Origin: Candidatus Udaeobacter sp.
GTDB lineage: Bacteria > Verrucomicrobiota > Verrucomicrobiia > Chthoniobacterales > UBA10450
NCBI GenBank assembly: GCA_035938475.1
Contig: DASZGW010000045.1
Location: 17,746 to 81,745 of the forward strand
DNA: 64,000 bases
Direction: 5' to 3'
This document shows, piece after piece, positions 17,676 to 27,508 of this stretch (its first letter is position 1; every line of letters starts with the position of its first letter). Made by a program: the position numbers and the translations under genes. Below the pieces are notes generated by a model, which had not been told where the DNA came from, did no database searches, and was given only the letters and a program-made list of their open reading frames with translations.

Positions 17676-18443
17676 ATGATTACTTATCCCACCTTGAAGC
17701 AACTAGCGGCTTGGGTTTTTCTGGGGATTCTTGTATCGCACGCATTGTTCGCGGGCGACTACAACAGCTTGATCCTTGAGCAGATTAAGGAGATGCCGCA
17801 AGGCGGTCGCTATTCTGTTTCGCACTTTGCAAAGATCCGTCTTCAATCTTCGGCGCACTTTGAGTCCGGCAAATTTTTCATTTTGCCTTCGCAGGCCTCG
17901 CCGAGTTTTTGCTCAGGCGCAACCTATCTGGTTTTTATCAGAACGATCGAGGCTTTGCGTGCGCGCGGCCAGCTGCACCTCGATTATTCCACGTTGGAGC
18001 GATTGATCATTCGAGATCAGCGCGATGGCGAAGGCGTCTGGGGCCGATGGAACGCAAACGGACCCGGTACAGCCCGTCTTTTTCACGAGCTCCAGATTGG
18101 ACAGAACTTCGACAGCCTCGACCAAGCCAAGCCGGGCGATTTCATGAAGATCTTCTGGTCGCGACAAGTGGGAAAAAACGAGCACGGACATTCCACGATT
18201 TTTCTCGGCACGGAGAATCACCCGGACGGCCAGTATGTCCGTTACTGGTCGAGCAATATCCCGTCTGGCTATGGTGAGAAAAGCGTTCCGCGAAGCAAGA
18301 TTAGCTATGCAATTTTTTCGCGTCTTCAGTCGCCTGTCAATCTCGCGCGGATCAACGACGCTCCGTCCGTCGATACATATTTAGCATCTCTCCTTCGAAG
18401 TCGCTCCACCATTGCGGAAGCCAGCGCTAAGTGCGGATTGTGA
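17676..18443 (+). CDS. secreted hypothetical protein with possible NlpC/P60-like Cys-His motif
   Basis: Signal peptide (LAAWVFLGILVSHALFA). SFCSGATY (candidate nucleophile) plus KPGDFMKIF..HGHSTIFLG resemble the NlpC/P60 DCSG / GD..ff..H.giy.G motifs. ATG at 17676 preferred over the TTG at 17658. Confidence 0.4.
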   Translation: MITYPTLKQLAAWVFLGILVSHALFAGDYNSLILEQIKEMPQGGRYSVSHFAKIRLQSSAHFESGKFFILPSQASPSFCSGATYLVFIRTIEALRARGQLHLDYSTLERLIIRDQRDGEGVWGRWNANGPGTARLFHELQIGQNFDSLDQAKPGDFMKIFWSRQVGKNEHGHSTIFLGTENHPDGQYVRYWSSNIPSGYGEKSVPRSKISYAIFSRLQSPVNLARINDAPSVDTYLASLLRSRSTIAEASAKCGL

Positions 18444-18575
18444 TGGTTGCGCTGCAAGGAGCGACAGCTTCCTAGCGGTCGATGGGAAGAATTCGTTGGG
18501 AAGGCGCCCTTCGCTGGATGAAGCGTCCATCAAATGGTGCTTGCCTTCATTGGCGCCCGTCATTAAAACGAACAA

Positions 18576-19127
18576 ATGCTAATCGAAACCTTAAAACGTC
18601 ATTGGTGGGTTCCAGTGATAAGGGGTGTCGCTGCAATTATTTTTGGAATTATCGCGTTCGTATATCCTGGTTTAACTATCGCAACGTTGGTGCTGTTTTT
18701 TGGAGCGTGGGTATTAATCGATGGGATATTTCGCATTGTCGGCGCGATTGGACATCGTGCTTCCGACCCGGACTGGGGCTGGCAGCTCGTCATCGGCATT
18801 GTCGGAATCATCGTCGGACTTCTCACATTCCATGCACCTCAGATAACGGCCTTGGCGCTTATCATCTATATTGCGGCCTGGGCGCTTATGATTGGCGCGT
18901 CTGAGATTGTGCTGGCAATAAAGATGCGCCGGGAAATCAAAGGCGAATGGTTTCTGATCCTTATGGGGCTCGCATCAATCGTCTTCGCGGTCCTGCTTCT
19001 GTGGAACCCTATTGCTGGCGCAGCAGCGGTGATCTGGCTTATCGCATGGTACGCGGTTGTACTCGGCATTCTTGCCATCTTTTTTGGCTTCCGGCTGCGC
19101 AGCCTGAAAACGTTGGCTCCCTCTTAA
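18576..19127 (+). CDS. HdeD/DUF308-family membrane protein
   Basis: Six TM segments with repeated G(I/V)..I..G(I/V) periodicity (WWVPVIRGVAAIIFGIIAF...), typical of HdeD-like proteins. Confidence 0.75.
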   Translation: MLIETLKRHWWVPVIRGVAAIIFGIIAFVYPGLTIATLVLFFGAWVLIDGIFRIVGAIGHRASDPDWGWQLVIGIVGIIVGLLTFHAPQITALALIIYIAAWALMIGASEIVLAIKMRREIKGEWFLILMGLASIVFAVLLLWNPIAGAAAVIWLIAWYAVVLGILAIFFGFRLRSLKTLAPS

Positions 19128-19376
19128 AAAGTATCGTACCAAGAGAAGCGTGCGGGGCTGGGCTCGTTTCGTGGCCTTTTTTAAGCATTAAGCATGGCCT
19201 TTTTGCGCCCGCGCGCTCTTTTTCTGCGCGACAAAGCCAGGGAGCCTCGGGGTTTGTTCAAGAAAATACGGCTTGGTGCGATTGATGGAGCGATTACTCT
19301 ACGACGCTGTAATATGAGTCTTCCGATCTTACGCGTCGAATTCTTAAGGCGGCATTCGCCGGCTTCTTAACCGCTT

Positions 19377-22300
19377 ATGAAGAAAAAGACCTCTGCTCCC
19401 AGGATGCGTCGGGCAAACGGCTCGCATGTGAACAACGGTGACCAACTCGACAGCAAGCAGTTGCTTGCAGCCTTGACGGCATTCAAGCGCGGAGATTTTT
19501 CAGCTCAATTGCCGGACGATTGGACAGGCCTAGCCGGCAAGGTTGCAGATACGTTCAACGACGTGATCCGGATCAATCAGCGCCTGACGCAAGAATTAGC
19601 ACGCATCCGGCGCGTAGTTGGAAAAGAAGGCAGGATCAGACAAAGAGCCTCTCTCGGAGAGGCGTCCGGTTCATGGGCTGACGCGATGAAGTCGGTCAAT
19701 AATTTGATCGAGGATTTGGTTCATCCCACGAGCGAAATGGCACGCGTAATCGGTTCCGTCGCAAAAGGAGACCTGTCTCAAACGATAGCGACTGAAATTG
19801 AAGGCCAGGCGCTCGAGGGAGAGTTTCTGCGTACCGCAAAAATCGTAAATACAATGGTACGTCAACTCAGTGGTTTCGCTTCCGAAGTCACGCGTGTCGC
19901 GCGAGAAGTGGGCACAGAAGGCAAGCTGGGCGGCCAGGCGAATGTGAAAGGCGTTGCGGGCACGTGGAAAGATCTGACTGACAACGTCAACCTGATGGCC
20001 GGCAACCTTACCGATCAGGTCCGTAATATTGCGACCGTGACAACAGCAGTGGCGACCGGCGACTTAGCAAAGAAAATCACAGTCGACGTAAAAGGGGAGT
20101 TTCTTGAACTGAAAGACACAATCAACGTGATGGTGGATCAGCTTCGGTCGTTTGCCTCGGAGGTAACGCGCGTGGCACGCGAAGTGGGTTCTGAGGGAAT
20201 TCTTGGTGGACAAGCCCGTGTCGAGGGCGTCTCAGGAACATGGAAGGACCTGACAGATTCCGTGAATTTCATGGCGCGCAATCTTACAGGCCAAGTGCGC
20301 AACATTGCCGCTGTCACGACGGCTGTCGCCAAGGGAGATCTGTCGAAGAAGATCACCGTCGATGTGAAGGGTGAAATCCTTGAACTGAAAAATACGATTA
20401 ACGTGATGGTGGATCAGCTAGGCTCGTTTGCCTCGGAGGTGACGCGCGTTGCGCGCGAGGTTGGCACGGAGGGAAAACTTGGCGGGCAAGCGGACGTGAG
20501 AGGTGTCGCGGGAACCTGGAAAGGTTTGACTGAAAGCGTCAATTCCATGGCGAGTAACCTTACGGCACAAGTGCGCAACATTGCCGAAGTAACGACGGCG
20601 GTGGCCAACGGCGACTTGTCGAAAAAAATCACGGTGGACGTTCGGGGTGAGATTCTAGAGCTCAAATACACGATCAACACGATGGTTGATCAGCTTCGTT
20701 CGTTTGCATCCGAAGTGACTCGCGTGGCCCACGAGGTTGGCAGCGAAGGAAAGCTGGGTGGGCAGGCAGACGTGCGAGGAGTTGCTGGCACGTGGCAAGA
20801 CCTGACCAACAACGTGAATATGATGGCGGGAAATCTCACAGCTCAGGTTCGCAACATCGCCGAGGTGACGACTGCGGTGGCGCGCGGCGATCTGTCGAAA
20901 AAGGTCACAGTCGATGTGAAGGGCGAAATTCTTGAGCTGAAAAACACCGTCAACACGATGGTGGACCAGCTTAACTCATTCGCGTCGGAGGTAACACGTG
21001 TCGCACGCGAAGTCGGCACGGAAGGTGAACTAGGGGGACAAGCTACGGTTCAAGGTGTTGCCGGCACCTGGAAGGATTTGACCGACAGCGTGAATTTCAT
21101 GGCCCGCAATCTGACGAACCAGGTGCGTGGTATCGCCAAAATTGTGACGGCGGTTGCAAAGGGAGACTTGAACCAAAAGCTCCTCGTTGAAGCAAAGGGC
21201 GAAATCGGCGAGCTCGCCGACACAATCAACAACATGATCGATACCCTGGCGACGTTTGCGGATCAGGTAACTACTGTCGCGCGCGAGGTCGGCGTCGAGG
21301 GGAAATTGGGCGGACAGGCCAATGTGCCAGGCGCCGCCGGAACTTGGCGCGACCTGACCGATAATGTAAACCGACTCGCGGCGAATCTGACGACGCAACT
21401 TCGAGCCATTGCCAATGTTGCTACCGCCGTCACGAAAGGCGATCTGACACGTTCGATTCACGTCGAGGCACAGGGCGAGGTCGCGGCCGTTAAAGACAAC
21501 ATCAACGAAATGATCCGCAATTTGAAGGACACCACGTTGCAAAATCAGGAGCAGGACTGGCTCAAAACTAATCTCGCAAAGTTTACGCGCATGCTGCAAG
21601 GCCAGCGAGATTTGTTGACGGTTGGCAAGCTGATCTTGTCGGAGCTCGCCCCGGTGGTTCCGGCTCAACAAGGGGTTTTCTACAGCATGGACAAATCGGG
21701 GCGAGAACCGGAGCTTAAACTCCTGGCGAGCTATGCCTGCCGCGAAGAGGGCGGGCCGAAGCCTTCTTTCAAGCTGGGGGAGAGCCTGGTGGGGCAAGCC
21801 GCCCTGGAAAAACAACGCATTCTCCTAAATGATGCGCCCAGCGATTATGTGAAGGTAAGTTCCGCTTTGGGTGCGGCCCGCCCAATGAACATCGTGGTCC
21901 TGCCGATTTTGTTTGAAGGAGAAGTAAAGGCAGTCATGGAACTTTCATCGTTAGAGCGCTTCCATTCGACGCACCAGGCATTTCTCGATCAATTAACGGA
22001 GAGTATCGGAATCGTCCTGCATACAATTGAGGCAAACACGCGGACCGAAAACCTCCTCAAGCAATCGCAGTCACTCGCGTCAGAGCTTCAGAATCGCCAG
22101 GAAGAGTTGCAAAAAACCAACCTGGAATTGGCAGAAAAAGCGCGCTCCAATCTAGCGAAGGATCAATTTCTCGCGATGCTCAGCCACGAGTTGCGCACGC
22201 CTCTTACTCCAGTGTTGGCGTCCGCGCTTGCGCTCGAGAGCGAGCCGGCATTGCCCGAGGACATCCACGAGTCGCTACAGATGATCCGCCGCAACGTGGA

Positions 22301-23249
22301 ATTGGAGGCGCGGCTTATCGATGATTTGCTCGATTTAACTCGAATCGATCGAGGGAAAATACAGCTTAATTTTGAAGTCGTCGACGCTCATACCTTGTTG
22401 CAGAATGCCCTCGAGATTTGTCAGGCGGAAATTGACCGAAAGCATCTGAGGCGTTCCCTCAATCTCGGCGCACGGAAAGTCCATTTGCGAGCAGATCCGG
22501 CGCGACTTCAGCAGATCTTTTGGAACCTGATCAATAACGCGGTGAAGTTCACACCCAGCGATGGGCAGATTTCCATTTCTACCAGCAACACTTCCAAGGG
22601 AGAACTGCGCGTTGAAATCGCGGACACCGGCTTGGGAATTGAGTCTGAAGCGTTGCCGAAAATTTTCGATGCTTTTGAACAAGGCGGCCGGACACAACTT
22701 GGAGGGCTGGGTCTTGGTCTGGCCATCAGCAAAGCACTTGTGGAAGCGCACAAGGGAACAATCACTGCACAAAGCGCCGGGCGAAACAAAGGCTCCACGT
22801 TTACGCTCGTCTTTCCAACGAGCGAAAAAGCCCCAGCTCAAATTGCGCCGGCCGTTTCGCCCAAATTGCCTGAACATCAGGCCATGCGGATTCTGCTTGT
22901 CGAAGATCATGAAGATTCGAACCGATCGCTTACGAACTTGCTTCGACGGCGCGGGTACCACGTGCAATCAGCTCTGAATTTCCAGTCTGCGCTCGATCTA
23001 GGCACAAAGGGGCAATTTGACGTGCTCATTAGCGATCTGGCTTTGCCCGATGGCAGTGGCATTGATTTGATGCAAACGCTGCAGTCCACGCGCCCCGTTG
23101 TTGGGATTGCTCTCACGGGTTTCGGAATGGAAGATGATGTTCGCAAGAGTCGGGAGGCAGGATTCCAGCACCATCTCGTCAAGCCGATCGATTTGAACAA
23201 GCTCGATTTGCTTATTCAAGAAAGCGCAGCCGCGCCGGTAAGCGCATAA
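19377..23249 (+). CDS. soluble hybrid sensor histidine kinase: poly-HAMP array - GAF - HisKA - HATPase_c - receiver
   Basis: No TM segment. One degenerate plus six regular 92-aa di-HAMP units, a GAF-like region ([20 protein letters not shown]), H-box SHELRTPL, G-boxes DTGLGI/GGLGLGL, and a receiver ([22 protein letters not shown]). Confidence 0.9.
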   Translation: MKKKTSAPRMRRANGSHVNNGDQLDSKQLLAALTAFKRGDFSAQLPDDWTGLAGKVADTFNDVIRINQRLTQELARIRRVVGKEGRIRQRASLGEASGSWADAMKSVNNLIEDLVHPTSEMARVIGSVAKGDLSQTIATEIEGQALEGEFLRTAKIVNTMVRQLSGFASEVTRVAREVGTEGKLGGQANVKGVAGTWKDLTDNVNLMAGNLTDQVRNIATVTTAVATGDLAKKITVDVKGEFLELKDTINVMVDQLRSFASEVTRVAREVGSEGILGGQARVEGVSGTWKDLTDSVNFMARNLTGQVRNIAAVTTAVAKGDLSKKITVDVKGEILELKNTINVMVDQLGSFASEVTRVAREVGTEGKLGGQADVRGVAGTWKGLTESVNSMASNLTAQVRNIAEVTTAVANGDLSKKITVDVRGEILELKYTINTMVDQLRSFASEVTRVAHEVGSEGKLGGQADVRGVAGTWQDLTNNVNMMAGNLTAQVRNIAEVTTAVARGDLSKKVTVDVKGEILELKNTVNTMVDQLNSFASEVTRVAREVGTEGELGGQATVQGVAGTWKDLTDSVNFMARNLTNQVRGIAKIVTAVAKGDLNQKLLVEAKGEIGELADTINNMIDTLATFADQVTTVAREVGVEGKLGGQANVPGAAGTWRDLTDNVNRLAANLTTQLRAIANVATAVTKGDLTRSIHVEAQGEVAAVKDNINEMIRNLKDTTLQNQEQDWLKTNLAKFTRMLQGQRDLLTVGKLILSELAPVVPAQQGVFYSMDKSGREPELKLLASYACREEGGPKPSFKLGESLVGQAALEKQRILLNDAPSDYVKVSSALGAARPMNIVVLPILFEGEVKAVMELSSLERFHSTHQAFLDQLTESIGIVLHTIEANTRTENLLKQSQSLASELQNRQEELQKTNLELAEKARSNLAKDQFLAMLSHELRTPLTPVLASALALESEPALPEDIHESLQMIRRNVELEARLIDDLLDLTRIDRGKIQLNFEVVDAHTLLQNALEICQAEIDRKHLRRSLNLGARKVHLRADPARLQQIFWNLINNAVKFTPSDGQISISTSNTSKGELRVEIADTGLGIESEALPKIFDAFEQGGRTQLGGLGLGLAISKALVEAHKGTITAQSAGRNKGSTFTLVFPTSEKAPAQIAPAVSPKLPEHQAMRILLVEDHEDSNRSLTNLLRRRGYHVQSALNFQSALDLGTKGQFDVLISDLALPDGSGIDLMQTLQSTRPVVGIALTGFGMEDDVRKSREAGFQHHLVKPIDLNKLDLLIQESAAAPVSA
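19875..21530 (+). repeat. six in-frame tandem 276-bp repeats (92-aa di-HAMP units) inside the kinase gene
   Basis: Each unit starts [13 protein letters not shown] (or [13 protein letters not shown]), at 19875, 20151, 20427, 20703, 20979 and 21255. By eye the DNA copies are diverged, roughly three quarters identical. Confidence 0.9.
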
Positions 23250-23393
23250 GATTCCGTTCGCGCTGCCGCTGAATCGCATTGTAAACGCCTCTGTGGCGAT
23301 CCTGTCTCCGGCCGGAACACTATGCGTAGTCGGTTTCCGCCTGGAACGCGCGAGCACGCTCGCAATTTCAAAGACTCGTGAGAACTGCTGGGC

Positions 23394-23579
23394 CTATGGC
23401 GTAAACGTATAAACTACAGTGTGCACGGCTCTTCTTGTGCCTTTGACCACACTGTGGCCGACGTTCTTGGCCGTCTGCACACTGCTATTCGCCACGTTTT
23501 TCGCTGTTCTCACAGGTCCCGCCTCAATCGCGCCGACGGAAATGGCAAACGCGAGAATTATCGAAACGAACGCTTTCAT
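23394..23579 (-). CDS. small secreted basic protein (hypothetical)
   Basis: 61 codons. Signal peptide MKAFVSIILAFAISVGAIEA, then an internal TAKNV duplication. This is only the 3' part of track ORF 23394-23762, whose upstream part reads through a tRNA. Confidence 0.3.
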   Translation of the reverse strand: MKAFVSIILAFAISVGAIEAGPVRTAKNVANSSVQTAKNVGHSVVKGTRRAVHTVVYTFTP

Positions 23580-23659
23580 AGTACTAAATAATTCGTTTCT
23601 GAGGGCCCGCCTGCGCCTACCTGATGGACGCCGCGTGGCGCCCTGAAGGCCTTCGGGGC

Positions 23660-23733
<74 letters not shown>

Positions 23734-23793
23734 CGTGGATTACACAGTGAAGCATAGCACACCGCGGGCGACCAACCCCGAAAGCATTCGGGG

Positions 23794-23820
23794 CTGCTCT
23801 AACCGCTGAGCTACAGGCCC
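23794..23820 (-). pseudogene. truncated duplicate of the first 27 nt of the adjacent tRNA(CAU)
   Basis: ctgctctaaccgctgagctacaggccc is identical to tRNA positions 1-27. It is followed (minus sense) by a ccccgaa-tgct-ttcgggg hairpin instead of the anticodon arm. Confidence 0.7.
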
Positions 23821-23931
23821 CATTTGCTTGTGCATTGAAGCATAGCATATCCGGGTGACCAATCCGGAAAGCCTGAAAATCAGTTAAAATTTCGGATTGC
23901 GCATTTTGAATCGGGGATTTGGGATGGTGCG

Positions 23932-25533
23932 GTGATTCGCGGAATTCTGACCATCATCGAAATCGCAATTCTCAGCGTGCTGATCCTCGCGACACGCTGC
24001 GCGAATTATCAGAATGTTTTTGTGGCCGGGAATATTTACTTCACCGACGCGGATTGTTACGCTCGGATGACGCGCGTGCGAATGTGCTCAGAGCATCCCG
24101 GGTTGATCGTACGGCACCACGACTTCGAAAACTTCCCGACAGGAACAACTCCGCACACAACTGCGCCGCTGGATTATCTCATTCTCGCCCTGTCGATCTT
24201 GCTGAAACCATTGACGGCGCTTGCGCTCGATCTCGCCGGCGCGCTCATTTCGCCGTTTCTCGCCCTGCTCGGAGGCTGGTTTCTTTGGTGGTGGTCGAAG
24301 CAAATGAAATTCAAATATCGGTGGGTGATGCTCATGCTGTACGCGATCAGCCCCATTCTCGTTCATGGAACCGAACTCGGCAGACCCGATCATCAATCCT
24401 TGCTGATGCTGTTCGTAACAATCGCGATTTGCGCAGAATGGAGCCTTCAATGCGATACGGCACCGGCGGTTGAGGTCAATCGCCTCTACCGACAATCGTA
24501 TCGGCGATGGAGTATCATTAGTGGAGTCGCATGGGGATTGGCGGTCTGGACCTCGGCTTATGAGTCGCTCGTTTCATTTTTCCTCGTGATGGTTGTGAGC
24601 GCATTTGAAAAGCCAAAAGTGATTTCGGCCAGGTCGCGGCGCCCGGGTTGGCTTTGTTTTGTTGCAGTCATTTTGATCGCGGTTTTGATTGAACGGCGCA
24701 TTTCGTCATTTTCGACGGTGTATTCAAACCCGCTCTTTCAAAACTGGGCGCACACCATTGGCGAACTCGCGCATGTCTCACCGGCAAATCCGATCTGGTT
24801 GCGTTGGTGCGGATATTTGCTCCTCGTGACACCGTTCCTGGTTTGGGTCAGCTTGGCCAAGACCAGGCACAAAAGTGAGTTGACGCCGCCAACATTTGTT
24901 CTCGTGCTTCTCGTTGCCACCTATGTCCTGACAATTTGGCAGGCGCGCTGGGGATACTTCTTTGTAATGCTCTTCGCGTTGGCGCTGCCGCGTTTGCTCG
25001 AGCCGATCAAATCGGGTGGGGCCGTTTGGATTGCATTTTTCCTATCGATTTTTCCGATTTTGCGCGATTGGGATGAAAGGCTTTGGCCAAGCGAAGCGGA
25101 ATTCGCTCTTCGGGTTGAGCAGCGCAACGAATCGGTACAGTTGCGTGACATGGCACTTAATTTGCGATCGTCAGAGGTTCGTCCGTTCGTTGCGCCGTGG
25201 TGGCTTTCACCGTCGATCGCCTATTGGTCCGGGCAGCCCGGGATAGCTGGAAGCTCGCACGAAAGTCTGGACGGCATCGAGGACAGCGCACGATTTTTCC
25301 TTTCAGACGATTGGCAAAAAGCACGCCAAATCCTGGAAAATCACCAAACGGCGTGGGTTGTTGCGTACAATTCCGAACGTGTGACGCAAAACTCAGCAGC
25401 AATTTTGAGTCAGGCAGCGCCTGCGTTCCCGCTGTGCCTCGTGCTGGATAGGACCCCAAGCCAGGTGCCGCCGTCCCTGATTTTCGCTGCGCAGAATGGA
25501 ACGTGCAAACTGTACCGCACTATTGCACAATAA
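23932..25533 (+). CDS. STT3/AglB-like polytopic membrane protein (putative oligosaccharyl- or glycosyl-transferase) with degenerate WWDYG motif
   Basis: About 13 TM segments. First-loop acidic motif YFTDADCYARMTR, a GRPDHQSL motif, and a C-terminal soluble domain beginning APWWLSPSIAYWSGQPG where STT3 proteins carry WWDYG. GTG start. Confidence 0.55.
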   Translation: MIRGILTIIEIAILSVLILATRCANYQNVFVAGNIYFTDADCYARMTRVRMCSEHPGLIVRHHDFENFPTGTTPHTTAPLDYLILALSILLKPLTALALDLAGALISPFLALLGGWFLWWWSKQMKFKYRWVMLMLYAISPILVHGTELGRPDHQSLLMLFVTIAICAEWSLQCDTAPAVEVNRLYRQSYRRWSIISGVAWGLAVWTSAYESLVSFFLVMVVSAFEKPKVISARSRRPGWLCFVAVILIAVLIERRISSFSTVYSNPLFQNWAHTIGELAHVSPANPIWLRWCGYLLLVTPFLVWVSLAKTRHKSELTPPTFVLVLLVATYVLTIWQARWGYFFVMLFALALPRLLEPIKSGGAVWIAFFLSIFPILRDWDERLWPSEAEFALRVEQRNESVQLRDMALNLRSSEVRPFVAPWWLSPSIAYWSGQPGIAGSSHESLDGIEDSARFFLSDDWQKARQILENHQTAWVVAYNSERVTQNSAAILSQAAPAFPLCLVLDRTPSQVPPSLIFAAQNGTCKLYRTIAQ

Positions 25534-25594
25534 AAAATTGCGCGCTGAAGCGAGAATTCGTTGACATACGTTGGGGGCTGTCACAATCTACCGG

Positions 25595-26149
25595 ATGCTC
25601 AAAAGATTCGTCTCGCAAAAGCCGGCGCCGCCTGTTATAGAGAAATCGCGGTATTCGGGTATGGAAGATGACAACAATCATCCTGCGAATGGCGAAGAAC
25701 CAATAATAACAACAACAATCATCGATAAACCAAAACCTATGGCAGATCACGGTGGCAAAGACATCCTCTCGAGCGATGTCGAAATCAAAGGCTCGATCAA
25801 GTTCCAGAAGGAACTTCTCATCGACGGGAAGGTCGAAGGGGAAATCAATTCCGACGGCGTCTTAACGATTGGTGAAAACGCTGACATTCGCGGCGAGGTA
25901 AAAACCAAATCGATCACCGTCTATGGCAAAGTTCAGGGCAACATCACGGTGGCCGAGCGTTGCGAGCTAAAATCAAAATGCACATTGCAGGGAGATTTGA
26001 AAGCAGCGCGCCTTGTCATTGAAGAAGGAGCAACTTTTATTGGCAAATCGGAAGTCACCAGCGGCTCGATTTCTGCGAAGTCGGCCCCGGGCCGCCCGGA
26101 AGTCGTGCGGTCCACCGAGCCAATCAAGGCGGCGTTCGGAGGGCGCTGA
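25595..26149 (+). CDS. bactofilin (polymer-forming cytoskeletal protein, DUF583)
   Basis: Beta-helical repeats: VEIKGSIKFQKELLIDGKVEGEINSDGVLTIGENADIRGEVKTKSITVYGKVQGNI..GDLKAARLVIEEGATFIG. Start uncertain (ATG at 25595, 25661 or 25739). Confidence 0.8.
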   Translation: MLKRFVSQKPAPPVIEKSRYSGMEDDNNHPANGEEPIITTTIIDKPKPMADHGGKDILSSDVEIKGSIKFQKELLIDGKVEGEINSDGVLTIGENADIRGEVKTKSITVYGKVQGNITVAERCELKSKCTLQGDLKAARLVIEEGATFIGKSEVTSGSISAKSAPGRPEVVRSTEPIKAAFGGR

Positions 26150-26179
26150 TAGAGAAGGGAATCCAGGGGTTAGCGTCCG

Positions 26180-27025
26180 GTGGCCAGTCCGTCGCCTGCA
26201 AAAGTCAGTCTTGAATGCCCACACTGTGGCTTCAAGCAGATGGAGTATGCAGCGGCGAAAAGCTCGATTTGTCGCCAATGCGGTCGCTACTTCTCTCCGT
26301 TTGCGCCAAAACCTGGCCTGAAGCTGCGGGTTCGCGAAGAAGCGGCTGCTGCGCCAGCCACATCCTCTATCCTCGGCAAATTCGAGGATTTTTGGAAACG
26401 GCAGCACAGCTCTGTTATCGAGTGTTTCGAGTGTAAACGGAAACAGCAGGTTTGTGGCAGCGCCACTTCTACGATCTGCCCGTCGTGCAGCGCGCACATC
26501 GATCTGCGTGACTACAAAATTACCAGCGGTTTCAGCCGCACGATTCGGACACGAGGGGACGTACATCTCACAAGCAAAGGCGATTTGGGCAGCAGCAGTG
26601 TGGTCTGTCGGTGCGCCTTAATTCAGGGCAGACTCCGAGGCAATCTACATTGCGACGATACGGCCACGATCAACTTCGCAGGGAAAATTCCAGGACGGAT
26701 CAGCGCGCGGCGCGTCGTCGTCGAGCGAAAAGCCGATATTCATTGCTTTCGACGGCTCCAGGCAGAAAGCATTGAAATCAAAGGAAGGATGTCGGGAGAG
26801 ATCACTGCCCAAACCGTGGCGATTCAAAAAAAAGGCGCACTCGAAGGCGATGTCACCGCCAGGGCAATTTCGGTGGAAAAAGGCGGCATGTTTTCCGGTC
26901 AGCTTGTAATTGGCCGGGCTGATCTTACACAAGGAGAACTGTTGCAGGAACAGAAACCGGACGTCGCGCCCATTCCAGAGAGCGATTTTTCGGGGGTCGA
27001 CCCGCGGCCCTTGCCCGCGACGTAA
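26180..27025 (+). CDS. bactofilin-domain protein with N-terminal double zinc-ribbon
   Basis: CPHCG..CRQCG and CFECK..CPSCS motifs, followed by bactofilin-like repeats ending GDVTARAISVEKGGMFSGQLVIG. GTG start, 31 nt after the previous gene. Confidence 0.65.
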   Translation: MASPSPAKVSLECPHCGFKQMEYAAAKSSICRQCGRYFSPFAPKPGLKLRVREEAAAAPATSSILGKFEDFWKRQHSSVIECFECKRKQQVCGSATSTICPSCSAHIDLRDYKITSGFSRTIRTRGDVHLTSKGDLGSSSVVCRCALIQGRLRGNLHCDDTATINFAGKIPGRISARRVVVERKADIHCFRRLQAESIEIKGRMSGEITAQTVAIQKKGALEGDVTARAISVEKGGMFSGQLVIGRADLTQGELLQEQKPDVAPIPESDFSGVDPRPLPAT

Positions 27026-27039
27026 CAGAAATCTGCTCC

Positions 27040-27459
27040 ATGCAAAGACTGCATCCACGCAGTCCGTACGAGAAACTTGGCGGCTATGTGCATCTGCCGC
27101 GTTTGATCGACAAAGCCAAGCTTCACCGCGAGGGCCTGCTCAACGGCTACAACTATAAAACCGTCGGGTTCGACAAGCATTTGCTGGCTTTCCTAAGAAT
27201 TGATGGCGACGCGTTTGAAGAAATCGTCAACAGACTGGATGCGGATGACGTAATTCTAAAATGGGTGCAGACAAACGGTGCGCGGCATTCTCCCGAAGCA
27301 ATTGAACAGTGGAACCAAGCGATGCTTTCACGGCATCCAGATACGGCCGCAAAAAAGGCGCGCTTTCTCCACTTTCTAAAGGAAGCCGGTGGCGATGGGC
27401 GCCAAGACATTCGGACTTATTTCGATCTGATCGAGTTTGACGAAGGGCGATTGAAATGA
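27040..27459 (+). CDS. DUF5069-like protein
   Basis: PRSPYEKLGGYVHLPRLIDKAKL..G.L.GYNYKTVGFDKHLLAFL resembles the DUF5069 N-terminal signature as I recall it. Starts 15 nt after the previous gene. Confidence 0.5.
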   Translation: MQRLHPRSPYEKLGGYVHLPRLIDKAKLHREGLLNGYNYKTVGFDKHLLAFLRIDGDAFEEIVNRLDADDVILKWVQTNGARHSPEAIEQWNQAMLSRHPDTAAKKARFLHFLKEAGGDGRQDIRTYFDLIEFDEGRLK

Positions 27460-27508
27460 CCCGCCCTCGCCAAAGCTACGGCGTGGCAAGCGAAATTCCG
27501 ACGGCGCC

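Noticed and set aside
19875-21530. Regular 276-bp tandem repeats that could be mistaken for a CRISPR-like or satellite array.
   Set aside because: The repeats are in frame inside one long ORF, there are no unique spacers, and they encode HAMP-type protein repeats.
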